64,000 bases of DNA from Candidatus Gottesmanbacteria bacterium GW2011_GWA2_43_14 (GTDB lineage: Bacteria > Patescibacteriota > Microgenomatia > 2-02-FULL-39-11), in the NCBI GenBank assembly GCA_000999095.1, contig LCFP01000006.1, positions 1,823-65,822 on the forward strand. The letters run 5' to 3'. The translations under genes and the position numbers were made by a program. The notes below the pieces were generated by a model. It had not been told where the DNA came from. It ran no database searches and saw nothing but the letters and a program-made list of their open reading frames with translations. This document shows positions 39,015-48,282 of the stretch, piece by piece (within the stretch, counting starts at the first letter, position 1; every line of letters begins with the position of its first letter).

Positions 39015-40441
39015 AAGTGCTGTATGCCTCATGGGAACTGGATCCTTATATCAAGCTGGGCGGATTGGGCGACGTGGCCAGGTCCCTTCCGGCGGCTTTG
39101 GGTAAGAACGGGGTAGATATTAAAAATGTCATGCCCTTTTACAAAGCGGTGAAGATAGACAAAAAAAATCTGGTCAAGACAGGCGAGCTTGAAGTTGAGT
39201 ATGACGGAAGATCTGAAAGAGTGATTATTTATGAAACGATCAATCCGACAAACCGGATCCCGCTCTTTCTTCTGCAAAATAGAAAATACCTGTCTTTTGC
39301 TGATTCACAAAATAATTTCGCTTTTTTTGCCAAAGCGATTGTTGAAATTATCCGTCAAAAAACCATAGCCTGGATACCTGATATCATTCACTGCAATGAC
39401 CATCATTTAGGCCTTTTACCCCTGTTGGTCAGGCATAACAAACTGAAAGTAAAAACCATACTGACGATCCATAATTTGTCCTACCAGGGACATGCCCCGA
39501 TTGCCGTAATTGAGAAGTTAGGCCTTAAAACTTCCCATTGCCGTCCCCATGCCTGGGAAATAAAAAGCCGCCAGCTGAATTTTCTTTTGGAAGGGATCAT
39601 CCATGCGGATGTAATCAATACGGTATCGCCGACTTATGCCAGAGAGATCATGCGGGAGGAATTCGGCATGGGCCTTGAGGATATTTTGAGAGGGAAAGAG
39701 GGGAGAGTCTTCGGAATCCTAAACGGCATCGACAAGGAATACAACAACCTGTTGCATTACCAAGCCCTGGATTATCCGTTTTTAAGCGGAATTGCGGGAG
39801 GATCGAAAAAATTATATTCGTGGCAGGAAGGTAAAAAACACAACAAGGCCCATTTACAGGAAAAAATGAAACTCAAGATTGATTCCGATATTCCCATATT
39901 TGCCTTCATTGGCAGATTTGATGCCCAGCAAAAGGGAATAGACATACTTCATAAGCTGATACGGCGCGGAGCCTATGAGAAATACCAGTTTGTCATATTA
40001 GGCAACGGCAATTCCGATTGGGAAGAAAGATATGCCTGGCTGTCCAAGTTCTATCCGGAAAGCGTATCCTGCAATTTCCTCTTTGATCCGCATCTGGCCC
40101 ATCTTATTTATGCCGGAGCTGATTTTATTCTGATTCCATCACGTTTTGAGCCCTGCGGTTTAATTCAAATGATTGCCATGACTTCCGGTACCCTGCCCAT
40201 AGCCCATAAAACCGGTGGATTAGCCGACTCAATAAAAAACGGGAGAAACGGCTTTCTTTTCGAAAACTATACCTCAGAATCCCTGGGAATGATGATTGAC
40301 AAAGCCGTGGATATTCAGAAAAACGACCGTGCCAAATATGAAGAAATGGTCAGTACAGCAATGAGAACCGACTTCTCATGGGACAAAAGCGCCAGGGAAT
40401 ATATCGGACTTTATGACAAATTGTATTTGGGCGAATATTGA
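39011..40441 (+). CDS. glgA: glycogen/starch synthase (GT5)
   Basis: N-terminal MKVLYASWELDPYIKLGGLGDVARSLPAAL (K-x-GGL motif). C-terminal HKTGGLADSI. 476 aa. Confidence 0.75.
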   Translation: MKVLYASWELDPYIKLGGLGDVARSLPAALGKNGVDIKNVMPFYKAVKIDKKNLVKTGELEVEYDGRSERVIIYETINPTNRIPLFLLQNRKYLSFADSQNNFAFFAKAIVEIIRQKTIAWIPDIIHCNDHHLGLLPLLVRHNKLKVKTILTIHNLSYQGHAPIAVIEKLGLKTSHCRPHAWEIKSRQLNFLLEGIIHADVINTVSPTYAREIMREEFGMGLEDILRGKEGRVFGILNGIDKEYNNLLHYQALDYPFLSGIAGGSKKLYSWQEGKKHNKAHLQEKMKLKIDSDIPIFAFIGRFDAQQKGIDILHKLIRRGAYEKYQFVILGNGNSDWEERYAWLSKFYPESVSCNFLFDPHLAHLIYAGADFILIPSRFEPCGLIQMIAMTSGTLPIAHKTGGLADSIKNGRNGFLFENYTSESLGMMIDKAVDIQKNDRAKYEEMVSTAMRTDFSWDKSAREYIGLYDKLYLGEY

Positions 40442-40447
40442 TAAATT

Positions 40448-40486
40448 CCCAGGTTGCGTAGCTGCGCCACCTCCCAGGTTGAAGAT
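40448..40486. repeat. conserved 39-nt intergenic element, copy 2
   Basis: cccaggttgcgtagctgcgccacctcccaggttgaagat lies immediately upstream of the ATG at 40487. Confidence 0.6.
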
Positions 40487-41530
40487 ATGAAATATAGGAC
40501 TCTTGCTCTTGCCGGTACCTTTGACCGTCTGCATTACGGCCACCGGGTTTTTATTTCGCAAGCCTTCCGAAAATCCGATAAGATCATTATCGGTTTAACT
40601 TCCGATACATTCGTTCAAAACAAAATTTCCAATAAACGGCCAAGGGCGAAATCCTATCATGACAGGGAGAATGAGCTGATTATGTTTTTGGAGGAAAATG
40701 ACTGGAAAAAAAGAAGCAGGATCGTCAAAATCGATGATGTTTACGGTCCGGCAATTGAAGGCAATGGGATTGAAGCCATACTGGCAACACAGGATTCCAT
40801 CGCGGGAGCCCGCCAGGTAAACGAAAAAAGGCTGGAGTTGGGTCTTGCGCCATTATCAATTGAGGAAGTCAGCCTGGTCAAAGCCGAGGACGGAGGCACC
40901 ATTTCCTCGACCAGAATCAGGATCGGTGAAATAAACCGCTACGGAAAAGTTCTCGGGGACTTGGATATATTCGGCAAAAAAATGCCGGAAAATCTCAGAT
41001 TGAAACTGAAACTTCCCATAGGCCATCTCATTTCCAATCCTGAAGCCGATATTTTGAAAGCCGGTAAAAAACTAAGGGAGCAGATAGACAGAACAAGTCC
41101 TGTACTTATATCAGCAGTCGGAGATGAAGCAGTCTATGTCATGAATAAGCTGGGTCTTCCTTACCATTTGGCCATCGTTGATTTTCACGTTAAAAGAGTC
41201 AGAAGACATCAGGAGTTGGCTGATTTGGCTTTCGGAAAGGGATTTTTCCTCAGTGAAACCGGCAATAAAATCACCAGAATCGCAAATCCTGCCGGCCATA
41301 TTACCCAAAAACTGGTAAAAACCATAAGCCGGAACCTGAGACTTTCGCTCTCCGACGGCAAATTGAGGGTTATCGAAGTTGAAGGTGAGGAGGATTTGGC
41401 AGCCCTGCCGGCTGTTTTATTGTCGCCGCTTACCTCTCTGGTTTTTTACGGGCAGCCCGACCGGGGTGTAGTGGCTGTTGAGACGACTTTGAAAAAGAAA
41501 GAAGAATTGCTGGAGATGATGAACCAATGA
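40487..41530 (+). CDS. cytidylyltransferase-like (archaeal-type PPAT-like) domain fused to a DUF359-like C-terminal domain
   Basis: The N-terminal LALAGTFDRLHYGHRVFI...IIGLTSD is the (H/T)xGH nucleotidyltransferase motif as in archaeal PPAT. The C-terminal ~170 aa (LISAVGDEAVYVMNKLGLPYHLAIVDFHVKR) resembles archaeal DUF359/GTP-dependent dephospho-CoA kinase proteins, from memory. Confidence 0.45.
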   Translation: MKYRTLALAGTFDRLHYGHRVFISQAFRKSDKIIIGLTSDTFVQNKISNKRPRAKSYHDRENELIMFLEENDWKKRSRIVKIDDVYGPAIEGNGIEAILATQDSIAGARQVNEKRLELGLAPLSIEEVSLVKAEDGGTISSTRIRIGEINRYGKVLGDLDIFGKKMPENLRLKLKLPIGHLISNPEADILKAGKKLREQIDRTSPVLISAVGDEAVYVMNKLGLPYHLAIVDFHVKRVRRHQELADLAFGKGFFLSETGNKITRIANPAGHITQKLVKTISRNLRLSLSDGKLRVIEVEGEEDLAALPAVLLSPLTSLVFYGQPDRGVVAVETTLKKKEELLEMMNQ

Positions 41531-42234
41531 TAAAGATTGAAAGATCAGAGGCTGAAGATCTTTGGCCAAGGTGCGCAGAAATAATTTTTGAGAAACTGAC
41601 GGATGCGGACAATAACCGTAAAAGAACACTGACGTTTTTGTCGGGAGGATCAGCGGTTTCATTATATTCTTTACTTTCCGAAAAACTGAAAAAAGCACCC
41701 CTACACCCCCGGCGACATGTATTTGCACAGGCAGATGAACGTTTCCAGCCTGAAAATAAAAACGATATTAATGCTTATCAAATTGAAAAAAGCGGTTTAC
41801 CTCAAAGCCTGCGTGAAAAAAATATCGCTTTCCATGCCATTCCCCAAAGAGAAACATTGATGGAAGCGCAAGATAATTACCGCCTGACGATAAACAGATT
41901 ATTCAACATAAGCGACATAAAAATTGCCGTTTTGGGGATTGGGGAGGACGGGCATACCGCCGGACTGCTGCCTGGATATATGGATAAGTGGGATACGCAA
42001 TCATTGGTTGCCGGATATGAAAACAGCGGAGGCTTTCCCCAGAGGATCAGTCTTACCCCTCAAGCAATCAGCCGATGCGGACTTGCCCTGGTCGTTTTAT
42101 CGGGAAAATCCAAACAGCCGGTGCTGCAGAGGCTTTTGGATAAAAAAGAGAACGATTTGAATAAATTTCCGGCTGAGGCAATTAACAGCATCAGTGAAGT
42201 GAAAATCCTGACTGATTTTCCGATACTCCATTGA
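41527..42234 (+). CDS. pgl: 6-phosphogluconolactonase (glucosamine-6-P isomerase/Pgl family)
   Basis: FLSGGSAVSLYSLL...HVFAQADERFQPEN...LGIGEDGHTAGLLPG are the family signatures. Confidence 0.7.
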   Translation: MIKIERSEAEDLWPRCAEIIFEKLTDADNNRKRTLTFLSGGSAVSLYSLLSEKLKKAPLHPRRHVFAQADERFQPENKNDINAYQIEKSGLPQSLREKNIAFHAIPQRETLMEAQDNYRLTINRLFNISDIKIAVLGIGEDGHTAGLLPGYMDKWDTQSLVAGYENSGGFPQRISLTPQAISRCGLALVVLSGKSKQPVLQRLLDKKENDLNKFPAEAINSISEVKILTDFPILH

Positions 42235-42266
42235 CAAGTACGTCTGACAATACTTTAATGTAATTA

Positions 42267-43622
42267 ATGGGAAGCAAAAGGTATTACCCTACACTTTTGA
42301 CTTTGGCCGGAATCATAATCCTGACTGCAGGAGTGATCGCCGGCAAAGCGCTTGTTTCCACAGGCACCCGCTTTAACCCTTTCGCCCAGACTTTGCCGAT
42401 GCCTCTTCTTTCCGAACTTTCAGTAAAGCCTGTTGCTGATACCTATGCCAGTCAGACTTCCCAGACGGAAAATTTCGGCAGCGACCCTGTACTTGTTGTC
42501 AGCGGCAAAGGCAATCCCGACAGAGAAAGCTATTTGAAATTTGACATTAAACTAGCCGGAGAAATATATAATGCCAACCTGAAAATGTTCGTTCCGGAAA
42601 ACGGAACGTTGGACGGTCCCGAAATTTACGCCGCCGGCAGCAACTGGAGTGAGACTGAATTAAATTTTCTGAATAAACCGCCGGTTTCCGGCAGCGCCGT
42701 CGATAACAGGGGTTTTATCGGAAGCGGGGAATGGGTGAATTATAATGTTTCAGCGGTTGTCAAAAGCAGCGGGCTGTATACTTTTGTCCTTAAAGCGACC
42801 AGTTTTGACGGAGTCATTTTTTCTTCAAGGGAAGGCCTGAATCCTCCTGTTTTAACGGTTAACTATCTGCCGAAATATCCTTCTCCGACACCGACCTGTG
42901 TTCCGAAGCCGACTTTATGTCCGCCGCCGCTTGCGGGTACACCCGCTACCTGTCCCTATCCCATTCCTCCCCCCGGCGGCTGGTTCTGTCCGGAAAAATC
43001 ACCTACCCCGACTTTGCCTCAGGGCGATGCGGATGAGGACGGCAAAGTCGACGGCCGGGACTATGTCATCTGGTTGCTTCACTACATTCAAAACACGGCA
43101 AACAGCCATAAACACGGAGATTTCAATAATGACGGCATAGTCGACGGGCTGGATTATGTCATCTGGCTCAAGCAATATCTGATTATGCACCAGATTACCC
43201 CTACCTCTAGCCCTTCATGCATACCCTTGCCAGATTGTGTTTACGGCACCAAAGATGAATACGGTGTGATAAGTTATTGCGATCTGCCGGCCGGCAATTA
43301 CTGTCCTTTGCCTACCTGCGTGCCGCCCCCTCCCTGTATTTACGGAGAAATCCAGGAAAACGGATCAGTACTATATTGCGATCCTATGCCGCTGACATCT
43401 TATTGCCGGCCGACGCCGAATCCTACTTGCTCACCAATTCCCGATTCCTGCATTAAATGGGAAAATGGAGTTCCGACTTTAATCTGTGAATCCGCTATGA
43501 ATCTCTTACCGTGGTGCCCGCTGCCGTCCTGCACTCCCAGGCCTGCCTGTCTGGATACGGAACCGAAATGCCTCCTTCCGGAAACTCCTGACATGTGTCC
43601 TCCGGCAACTTCAACTTCCTAA
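42267..43622 (+). CDS. secreted protein: N-terminal beta-sandwich-like domain, internal dockerin-like module, Cys-rich C-terminal tail
   Basis: Signal/anchor. Internal DADEDGKVDGRDYVIWLLHY...GDFNNDGIVDGLDYVIWLKQY forms two Ca-loop repeats. The C-terminus has repeated CxPxPxC...YCD modules. Confidence 0.5.
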   Translation: MGSKRYYPTLLTLAGIIILTAGVIAGKALVSTGTRFNPFAQTLPMPLLSELSVKPVADTYASQTSQTENFGSDPVLVVSGKGNPDRESYLKFDIKLAGEIYNANLKMFVPENGTLDGPEIYAAGSNWSETELNFLNKPPVSGSAVDNRGFIGSGEWVNYNVSAVVKSSGLYTFVLKATSFDGVIFSSREGLNPPVLTVNYLPKYPSPTPTCVPKPTLCPPPLAGTPATCPYPIPPPGGWFCPEKSPTPTLPQGDADEDGKVDGRDYVIWLLHYIQNTANSHKHGDFNNDGIVDGLDYVIWLKQYLIMHQITPTSSPSCIPLPDCVYGTKDEYGVISYCDLPAGNYCPLPTCVPPPPCIYGEIQENGSVLYCDPMPLTSYCRPTPNPTCSPIPDSCIKWENGVPTLICESAMNLLPWCPLPSCTPRPACLDTEPKCLLPETPDMCPPATSTS

Positions 43623-43677
43623 CGCAGTTGAATGTTCCTGTTGACTTTCCCTCAGCTTAATTTTTTAATGGAAACAG

Positions 43678-44781
43678 ATGGATAATAAAGGTATTCCGGT
43701 CTCTGTGATGGCTTTGTTAGGTCTTTTTATTTTAATAACGGGTATCGGAGCAGGAAAAAAATTGGCTTCACAAAGTACAAGATTTTCACCCCTGGCCGTT
43801 AAGCCCAATATTTCACCGACCCCTACTCCTACACCGAAAACTTCCAACTGCAGCCAAACCTGCAATTATTCAGTTAATCCGCAGATTATTTGCCAGATAG
43901 GCTTGTCGTGTTACTATTTGGGCTTGGGTACTCCGGCACCGGGAGCTCCCGGTGTTTGTCGCAAGCCTGGCTGCCAGGAGAAATCCGATTGTATCTGCGC
44001 TCCGACCATTACAGGCATAAACCTGCCTGATTTGGTGGTGACCCAAATGAAAATCGAACTTGAAACAAGATCAGGTTGTTACAATTCTCCTCCCAATTTA
44101 CGATTAAGCGCTTATATCAAGAACATCGGAAATACCGAGGCAGGTCAATTTGTGGTTGATGTAAATGGTGATAGGAAAACAGTTACAGGCGGACTCCCGG
44201 CAGGTCAAACAGCATTTGTTTGGGGTTTTAATCTTGGTTATGGACAGCCCGCTACAGCTTTTGCAGATGCCACCTTTTTAGTCGAGGAATCCAATGAAGA
44301 CAATAATGAACTGACCGCATTGGTCCCGATACCCACACTGCCACCGGTCACTTGTACCCCTACCCCTTCAAGCGGGGCGGAAATTCCCGGTGATGCCAAC
44401 GGGGATAACAAAGTCGACGGACTCGACTATGTCATCTGGCTGAACAACTATAACAAAACAGTTACAACAGGATCAGCTGCAGGGGACTTCGACAAAAACG
44501 GCAAGGTAGACGGCATTGATTATGTGAAATGGTTAATCCAATATATTTTTATGAACCAAATTTCACCCACTCCTACAATTACTCCATCACCGAGCATATC
44601 ACTCCAGCAAACTGCCTGTGAGAACCAGGGATATATATGGAAAATCTTCAGTAACGGCTGTGTTGACAGTTGTGATTTGGCTGCCAATCCCCAGTTGAAT
44701 TGCACGCAGGTTTTGACTCCGGGTTGTGATTGCGGGGCAGACAGCTGTTGGAACGGCACAAGTTGCCAGAATAATCCGTAG
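43678..44781 (+). CDS. secreted protein with CARDB-like domain, internal dockerin-like module and Cys-rich tail
   Basis: The PT linker, PDLVVTQMKIE...NIGNTEAGQFVVDVNGD...ESNEDNNELT is CARDB-like. Then GDANGDNKVDGLDYVIWLNNY...GDFDKNGKVDGIDYVKWLIQY. Confidence 0.5.
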   Translation: MDNKGIPVSVMALLGLFILITGIGAGKKLASQSTRFSPLAVKPNISPTPTPTPKTSNCSQTCNYSVNPQIICQIGLSCYYLGLGTPAPGAPGVCRKPGCQEKSDCICAPTITGINLPDLVVTQMKIELETRSGCYNSPPNLRLSAYIKNIGNTEAGQFVVDVNGDRKTVTGGLPAGQTAFVWGFNLGYGQPATAFADATFLVEESNEDNNELTALVPIPTLPPVTCTPTPSSGAEIPGDANGDNKVDGLDYVIWLNNYNKTVTTGSAAGDFDKNGKVDGIDYVKWLIQYIFMNQISPTPTITPSPSISLQQTACENQGYIWKIFSNGCVDSCDLAANPQLNCTQVLTPGCDCGADSCWNGTSCQNNP

Positions 44782-44805
44782 AAATAACAAGCTTTTTGGC
44801 GAAAG

Positions 44806-45345
44806 TTACCTTAATTGAATTATTTCCGGCTTCAATTCTTCCACATTATCCGTAACTATCTGCATATCGTCAGGATTAAAATTCAGCCTGCCTGATGCAA
44901 AATCCCCGCCCATAAATTTAATGGAAGCTAGTTGAAACTTTCCCGAGGGTAGTTTTGATCCCGGTGAGGCACCCATGACAAGGATAACAGTGCCTTCGGT
45001 GTTGGCTTTTTCCAGGGGAGTTTCATCGATTGTGGTAGAAAGATTACCGCCGGGTTCAATCTGAGTTATGTTTAACTCTTGAGGATCAAAAGACATATTC
45101 AACCGGGCAAATGCTACTTTTTCTTTCCCGGAGTCGGCCAATACAGTGACGAGAGTTTCATTTGTCACTTCGGTTTTTTCGGCTTTAAAAGACAAAATGA
45201 CCGGTTTAAGCTCCGGATCGAAATTTGCATTTTTACTCCGGTTAAGAAATAGCAACAGAAAAACGGGCACCGCGAACAGAATCAGGATATAAAACCACGG
45301 ATGTAGTTTATTGGTTTTTACCTGAACCGGCCTTTTTTCTTTCAT
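44806..45345 (-). CDS. N-terminally membrane-anchored protein, candidate cohesin-like beta-sandwich (no dockerin)
   Basis: One TM helix and then a ~140-aa domain (KVAFARLNMSFDPQELNITQIEPGG...GTVILVMGASP...GKFQLASIKF). It is paralogous to ORF 49473 and loosely cohesin-like. Confidence 0.4.
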   Translation of the reverse strand: MKEKRPVQVKTNKLHPWFYILILFAVPVFLLLFLNRSKNANFDPELKPVILSFKAEKTEVTNETLVTVLADSGKEKVAFARLNMSFDPQELNITQIEPGGNLSTTIDETPLEKANTEGTVILVMGASPGSKLPSGKFQLASIKFMGGDFASGRLNFNPDDMQIVTDNVEELKPEIIQLR

Positions 45346-45348
45346 TTT

Positions 45349-48279
45349 TTACTTATTGTAATTATTCAGCCAGATGACATAGTCGAGACCGTCCACTTTT
45401 CCCGAGTTATTAAAGTCACCATTTACTGCTCCCGTTGCAGATTGGTTGTAATGGTTAAGCCAGGCTACGTAATCAAGACCGTCAACCTTGTCGTCCCCAT
45501 TGGCATCACCGGGTTTGCCTATTGGCGGTGTTGTCGGTGAGGGACCGGTTGTAACAGGCGGAGAAGTAGGACAGTTGGTGCCGGTGCAGGAGACCTGAAT
45601 AGTGGAGATAAGATTGTCCAGATAATATAAGTCTCCCAGCATCATCGGGGCATCCAACCGTTTGGCCAGTTCATTGTAGCTTTCCTTAAGTATCAGGGCT
45701 TTGGCCTGGAACAGGGAATGGGTTTGCTGGTAAGGTGTCGCCGCACCTTCACCCTGGACTTCCCGGTTCAAAGCCTCAAACCATAACGGTATTTCAGCAG
45801 TGTATGTATTGACAGCGTCCTGAACCTTGGTTTTGGCATTAACATTCAGATAGTCTGCCAAAGCAGGAGTCAGGTACATGAAGTTCCAGGCATGTTTGAG
45901 GGTGGCATAGTAATTTGCCGCGTTATTGGTACCTGTAGTGCCCAGTGTTTGTACCGGACTGATTTGAAAATTGTTTTTTCTCTCGGTGAGTAAAGAGTTC
46001 AAGGTTGTTTCGTAAGGTCCGTATACGGATGACGGCTGGCCGGCCAGTTTGGCCAATTCCACATATCCCTTGTAGCCGGCGATCAATCCGTTAACTGCTT
46101 GCGGCCACATACCGGGACAGGCAGGGGAACAATATGACGGACGAGCGGCGGAAAGTTTGGATTTGGCGGAATTAAAGACGGTTAAAGCCTGAGAAGGATT
46201 CTCTTTGGCATATTGCCACATGGCGTAGAATTGATATGGAGGCCAGTTCCACATATTTTCCCAGAGTTTCGAAGTTGAAGGTCCCATATTGGCAATTTTC
46301 CCGGCCATACCAGGAGGGTAGGAAAAACTGTCCCTGAATTTACCGTCCTTCCAGCCAATGTGGCTGTACTGGTAAGGCGGGAATTGGGTAAATTCGTTTT
46401 GGAGGTATGTTTTTACCTGTGTTTTTAATCCGGCAGATAAATACGGGAGCGCTCTGAGCAGATAATAATGAATGTCTCCCGGGGCATGCCAGTAGTCCAG
46501 TAGCATATCACCCAGGGACGACTGCATATGCTGATCAAAGTTTCCGCCTACACCGTATCCCGGTTTCAGGTGCCCGGCATTGACGATTTTCTGCACTTCC
46601 GTTTCCAGGATATTAACAAGCTGGGCAACAGGCGGCACTCCCGCAGGTTCACCTATGGTTGCCGGGGCGGGGGCGTCTGAGATTGAGGCCGATTTGCCTG
46701 TTCCATTTGGTGAAAAAGCGATCAAGGCGTTGCTTCTTATAGCATACATTTTGCCGTCGTAAATTGCCGGACCGGCGTTGTCCCCATGGGAGGCATAAAA
46801 ACGGCCAACTGTCGTCGGGTCGCTCCAGAAAAATTTTTGCATCTGGCTGAAATAGTTATCGGGCAGGTCGCCGCTGTTTTCACCTATTTTGCCGGTTAAA
46901 TGTCTCCACTGACGGGTTGTATCCAGTGAAGGATAAGCAGTATTTGATTTGGATATATCAGCACTGCCTATAAACCTATCGCAACAAAGATTCCAATAAA
47001 TGTATTTGCCTCCACCCGATAGGCCTGTATACTCATCCAAAGGCCAGGCCAGGCTCTGGCCGAAATGTTTGGATACAGCGAGGCTGAGGAAACTACTGCC
47101 GTATTCCCAGCCTGTAGCGCGGGAGCCGGTAAAGCTGTTGTTTTGAAACAGCGGGGTGCGGAAATACAAGATATTCTGGTTATTGTAGCCGCTGAGAACA
47201 GGCGGATAAGCGGTTTCCCAATCCTGAACTGATCTTAAAACAGGGACGGCATCGGTTTTACCGTCCTTGTCAGTATCAAAATTAACTTCCACCCCATTGG
47301 CCTGGTTCAGGACGAAAACATTTCTTTGGTGCGGATTGCTTTCAAAGTAGTTGGGAATTGTTGTAGACATAAGGGGATTTATGGAAACATCAACGGTTTT
47401 TGTCTGGGAACCGACGGTGTGAGTGACAATTTGACCGGCCGGATTATCAGAGGTAGTTCCCCCTATTATCAAATCCCTTTCGTATCCAAAATCATTGCCT
47501 CCGGTAAAATCTCCTGAAGTATTTCTCTGTTCCTCGGTGCGGGTGAAAATAACCTTGTCGCTGTAAATCACCGGCCACCAGGTGATAAAGCCCATGCCCG
47601 GAAGTTTGACTTTCCAGGACAGGGTTCCGCCTGTGGTTAAAGCGTAAGCATTGCCGTCCTGGGCACCAAAAAAGATTTTACCGCCGGAGTAGGCGGCTGA
47701 AAACAGGATCGGTCCGGGACCATCAGTTTTATATTTCCATTTTTTACTGCCGGTTGAGGCATCCAAAGCATACATGTATCCGTCACGGTTACCGGCAAAG
47801 ACAGTGTTTTCGGCAAAGAGGGGACTGGTTGAAAAACCGGCGCCTCCTTCGGTTGATACATCAAATACCCATTTTTTACTCCCGTTGGAAACATTGATGG
47901 CATGCACTTTGCGGTCCAGTCCGGAAGCATATAAAGTGCCGGCATTGTAAGTAGGAGAGTGTCCGATCGGCATCTCGGTTGCGTAAATCCATTCCTGGGT
48001 GCCGGTATCGGCATTGAAAGCGTATACTCCGCGGGCAGTCGAAACAAAGACCTTGTTTTCCGCTCCCACAGGCTGCACCCTTTGTGAAACATATGGCACC
48101 AGTCTTTTCACCCAAAGGGCTTTTAAAAGTCCCGGTGCTTCATTCGGCGTCCAGGAAGTCCGCTGTGCATTTCCTCCGGCTGTTGACCAGGGAATATCAG
48201 TTTGGGCAATAGCGGGAGACAGGGAAGTCGTCAGAAGAAGGCAGACGGTTAAAGATATTAGTAAAATTTTCACAGCCAT
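45349..48279 (-). CDS. secreted PQQ-like beta-propeller repeat protein with a C-terminal dockerin-like module
   Basis: Repeats of (V/A)YA(F/L)(N/D)xxTGxxKW at the N-terminus, a large additional domain, and C-terminal GDANGDDKVDGLDYVAWLNHYN...GDFNNSGKVDGLDYVIWLNNYNK. Confidence 0.55.
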   Translation of the reverse strand: MAVKILLISLTVCLLLTTSLSPAIAQTDIPWSTAGGNAQRTSWTPNEAPGLLKALWVKRLVPYVSQRVQPVGAENKVFVSTARGVYAFNADTGTQEWIYATEMPIGHSPTYNAGTLYASGLDRKVHAINVSNGSKKWVFDVSTEGGAGFSTSPLFAENTVFAGNRDGYMYALDASTGSKKWKYKTDGPGPILFSAAYSGGKIFFGAQDGNAYALTTGGTLSWKVKLPGMGFITWWPVIYSDKVIFTRTEEQRNTSGDFTGGNDFGYERDLIIGGTTSDNPAGQIVTHTVGSQTKTVDVSINPLMSTTIPNYFESNPHQRNVFVLNQANGVEVNFDTDKDGKTDAVPVLRSVQDWETAYPPVLSGYNNQNILYFRTPLFQNNSFTGSRATGWEYGSSFLSLAVSKHFGQSLAWPLDEYTGLSGGGKYIYWNLCCDRFIGSADISKSNTAYPSLDTTRQWRHLTGKIGENSGDLPDNYFSQMQKFFWSDPTTVGRFYASHGDNAGPAIYDGKMYAIRSNALIAFSPNGTGKSASISDAPAPATIGEPAGVPPVAQLVNILETEVQKIVNAGHLKPGYGVGGNFDQHMQSSLGDMLLDYWHAPGDIHYYLLRALPYLSAGLKTQVKTYLQNEFTQFPPYQYSHIGWKDGKFRDSFSYPPGMAGKIANMGPSTSKLWENMWNWPPYQFYAMWQYAKENPSQALTVFNSAKSKLSAARPSYCSPACPGMWPQAVNGLIAGYKGYVELAKLAGQPSSVYGPYETTLNSLLTERKNNFQISPVQTLGTTGTNNAANYYATLKHAWNFMYLTPALADYLNVNAKTKVQDAVNTYTAEIPLWFEALNREVQGEGAATPYQQTHSLFQAKALILKESYNELAKRLDAPMMLGDLYYLDNLISTIQVSCTGTNCPTSPPVTTGPSPTTPPIGKPGDANGDDKVDGLDYVAWLNHYNQSATGAVNGDFNNSGKVDGLDYVIWLNNYNK

Positions 48280-48282
48280 ATA

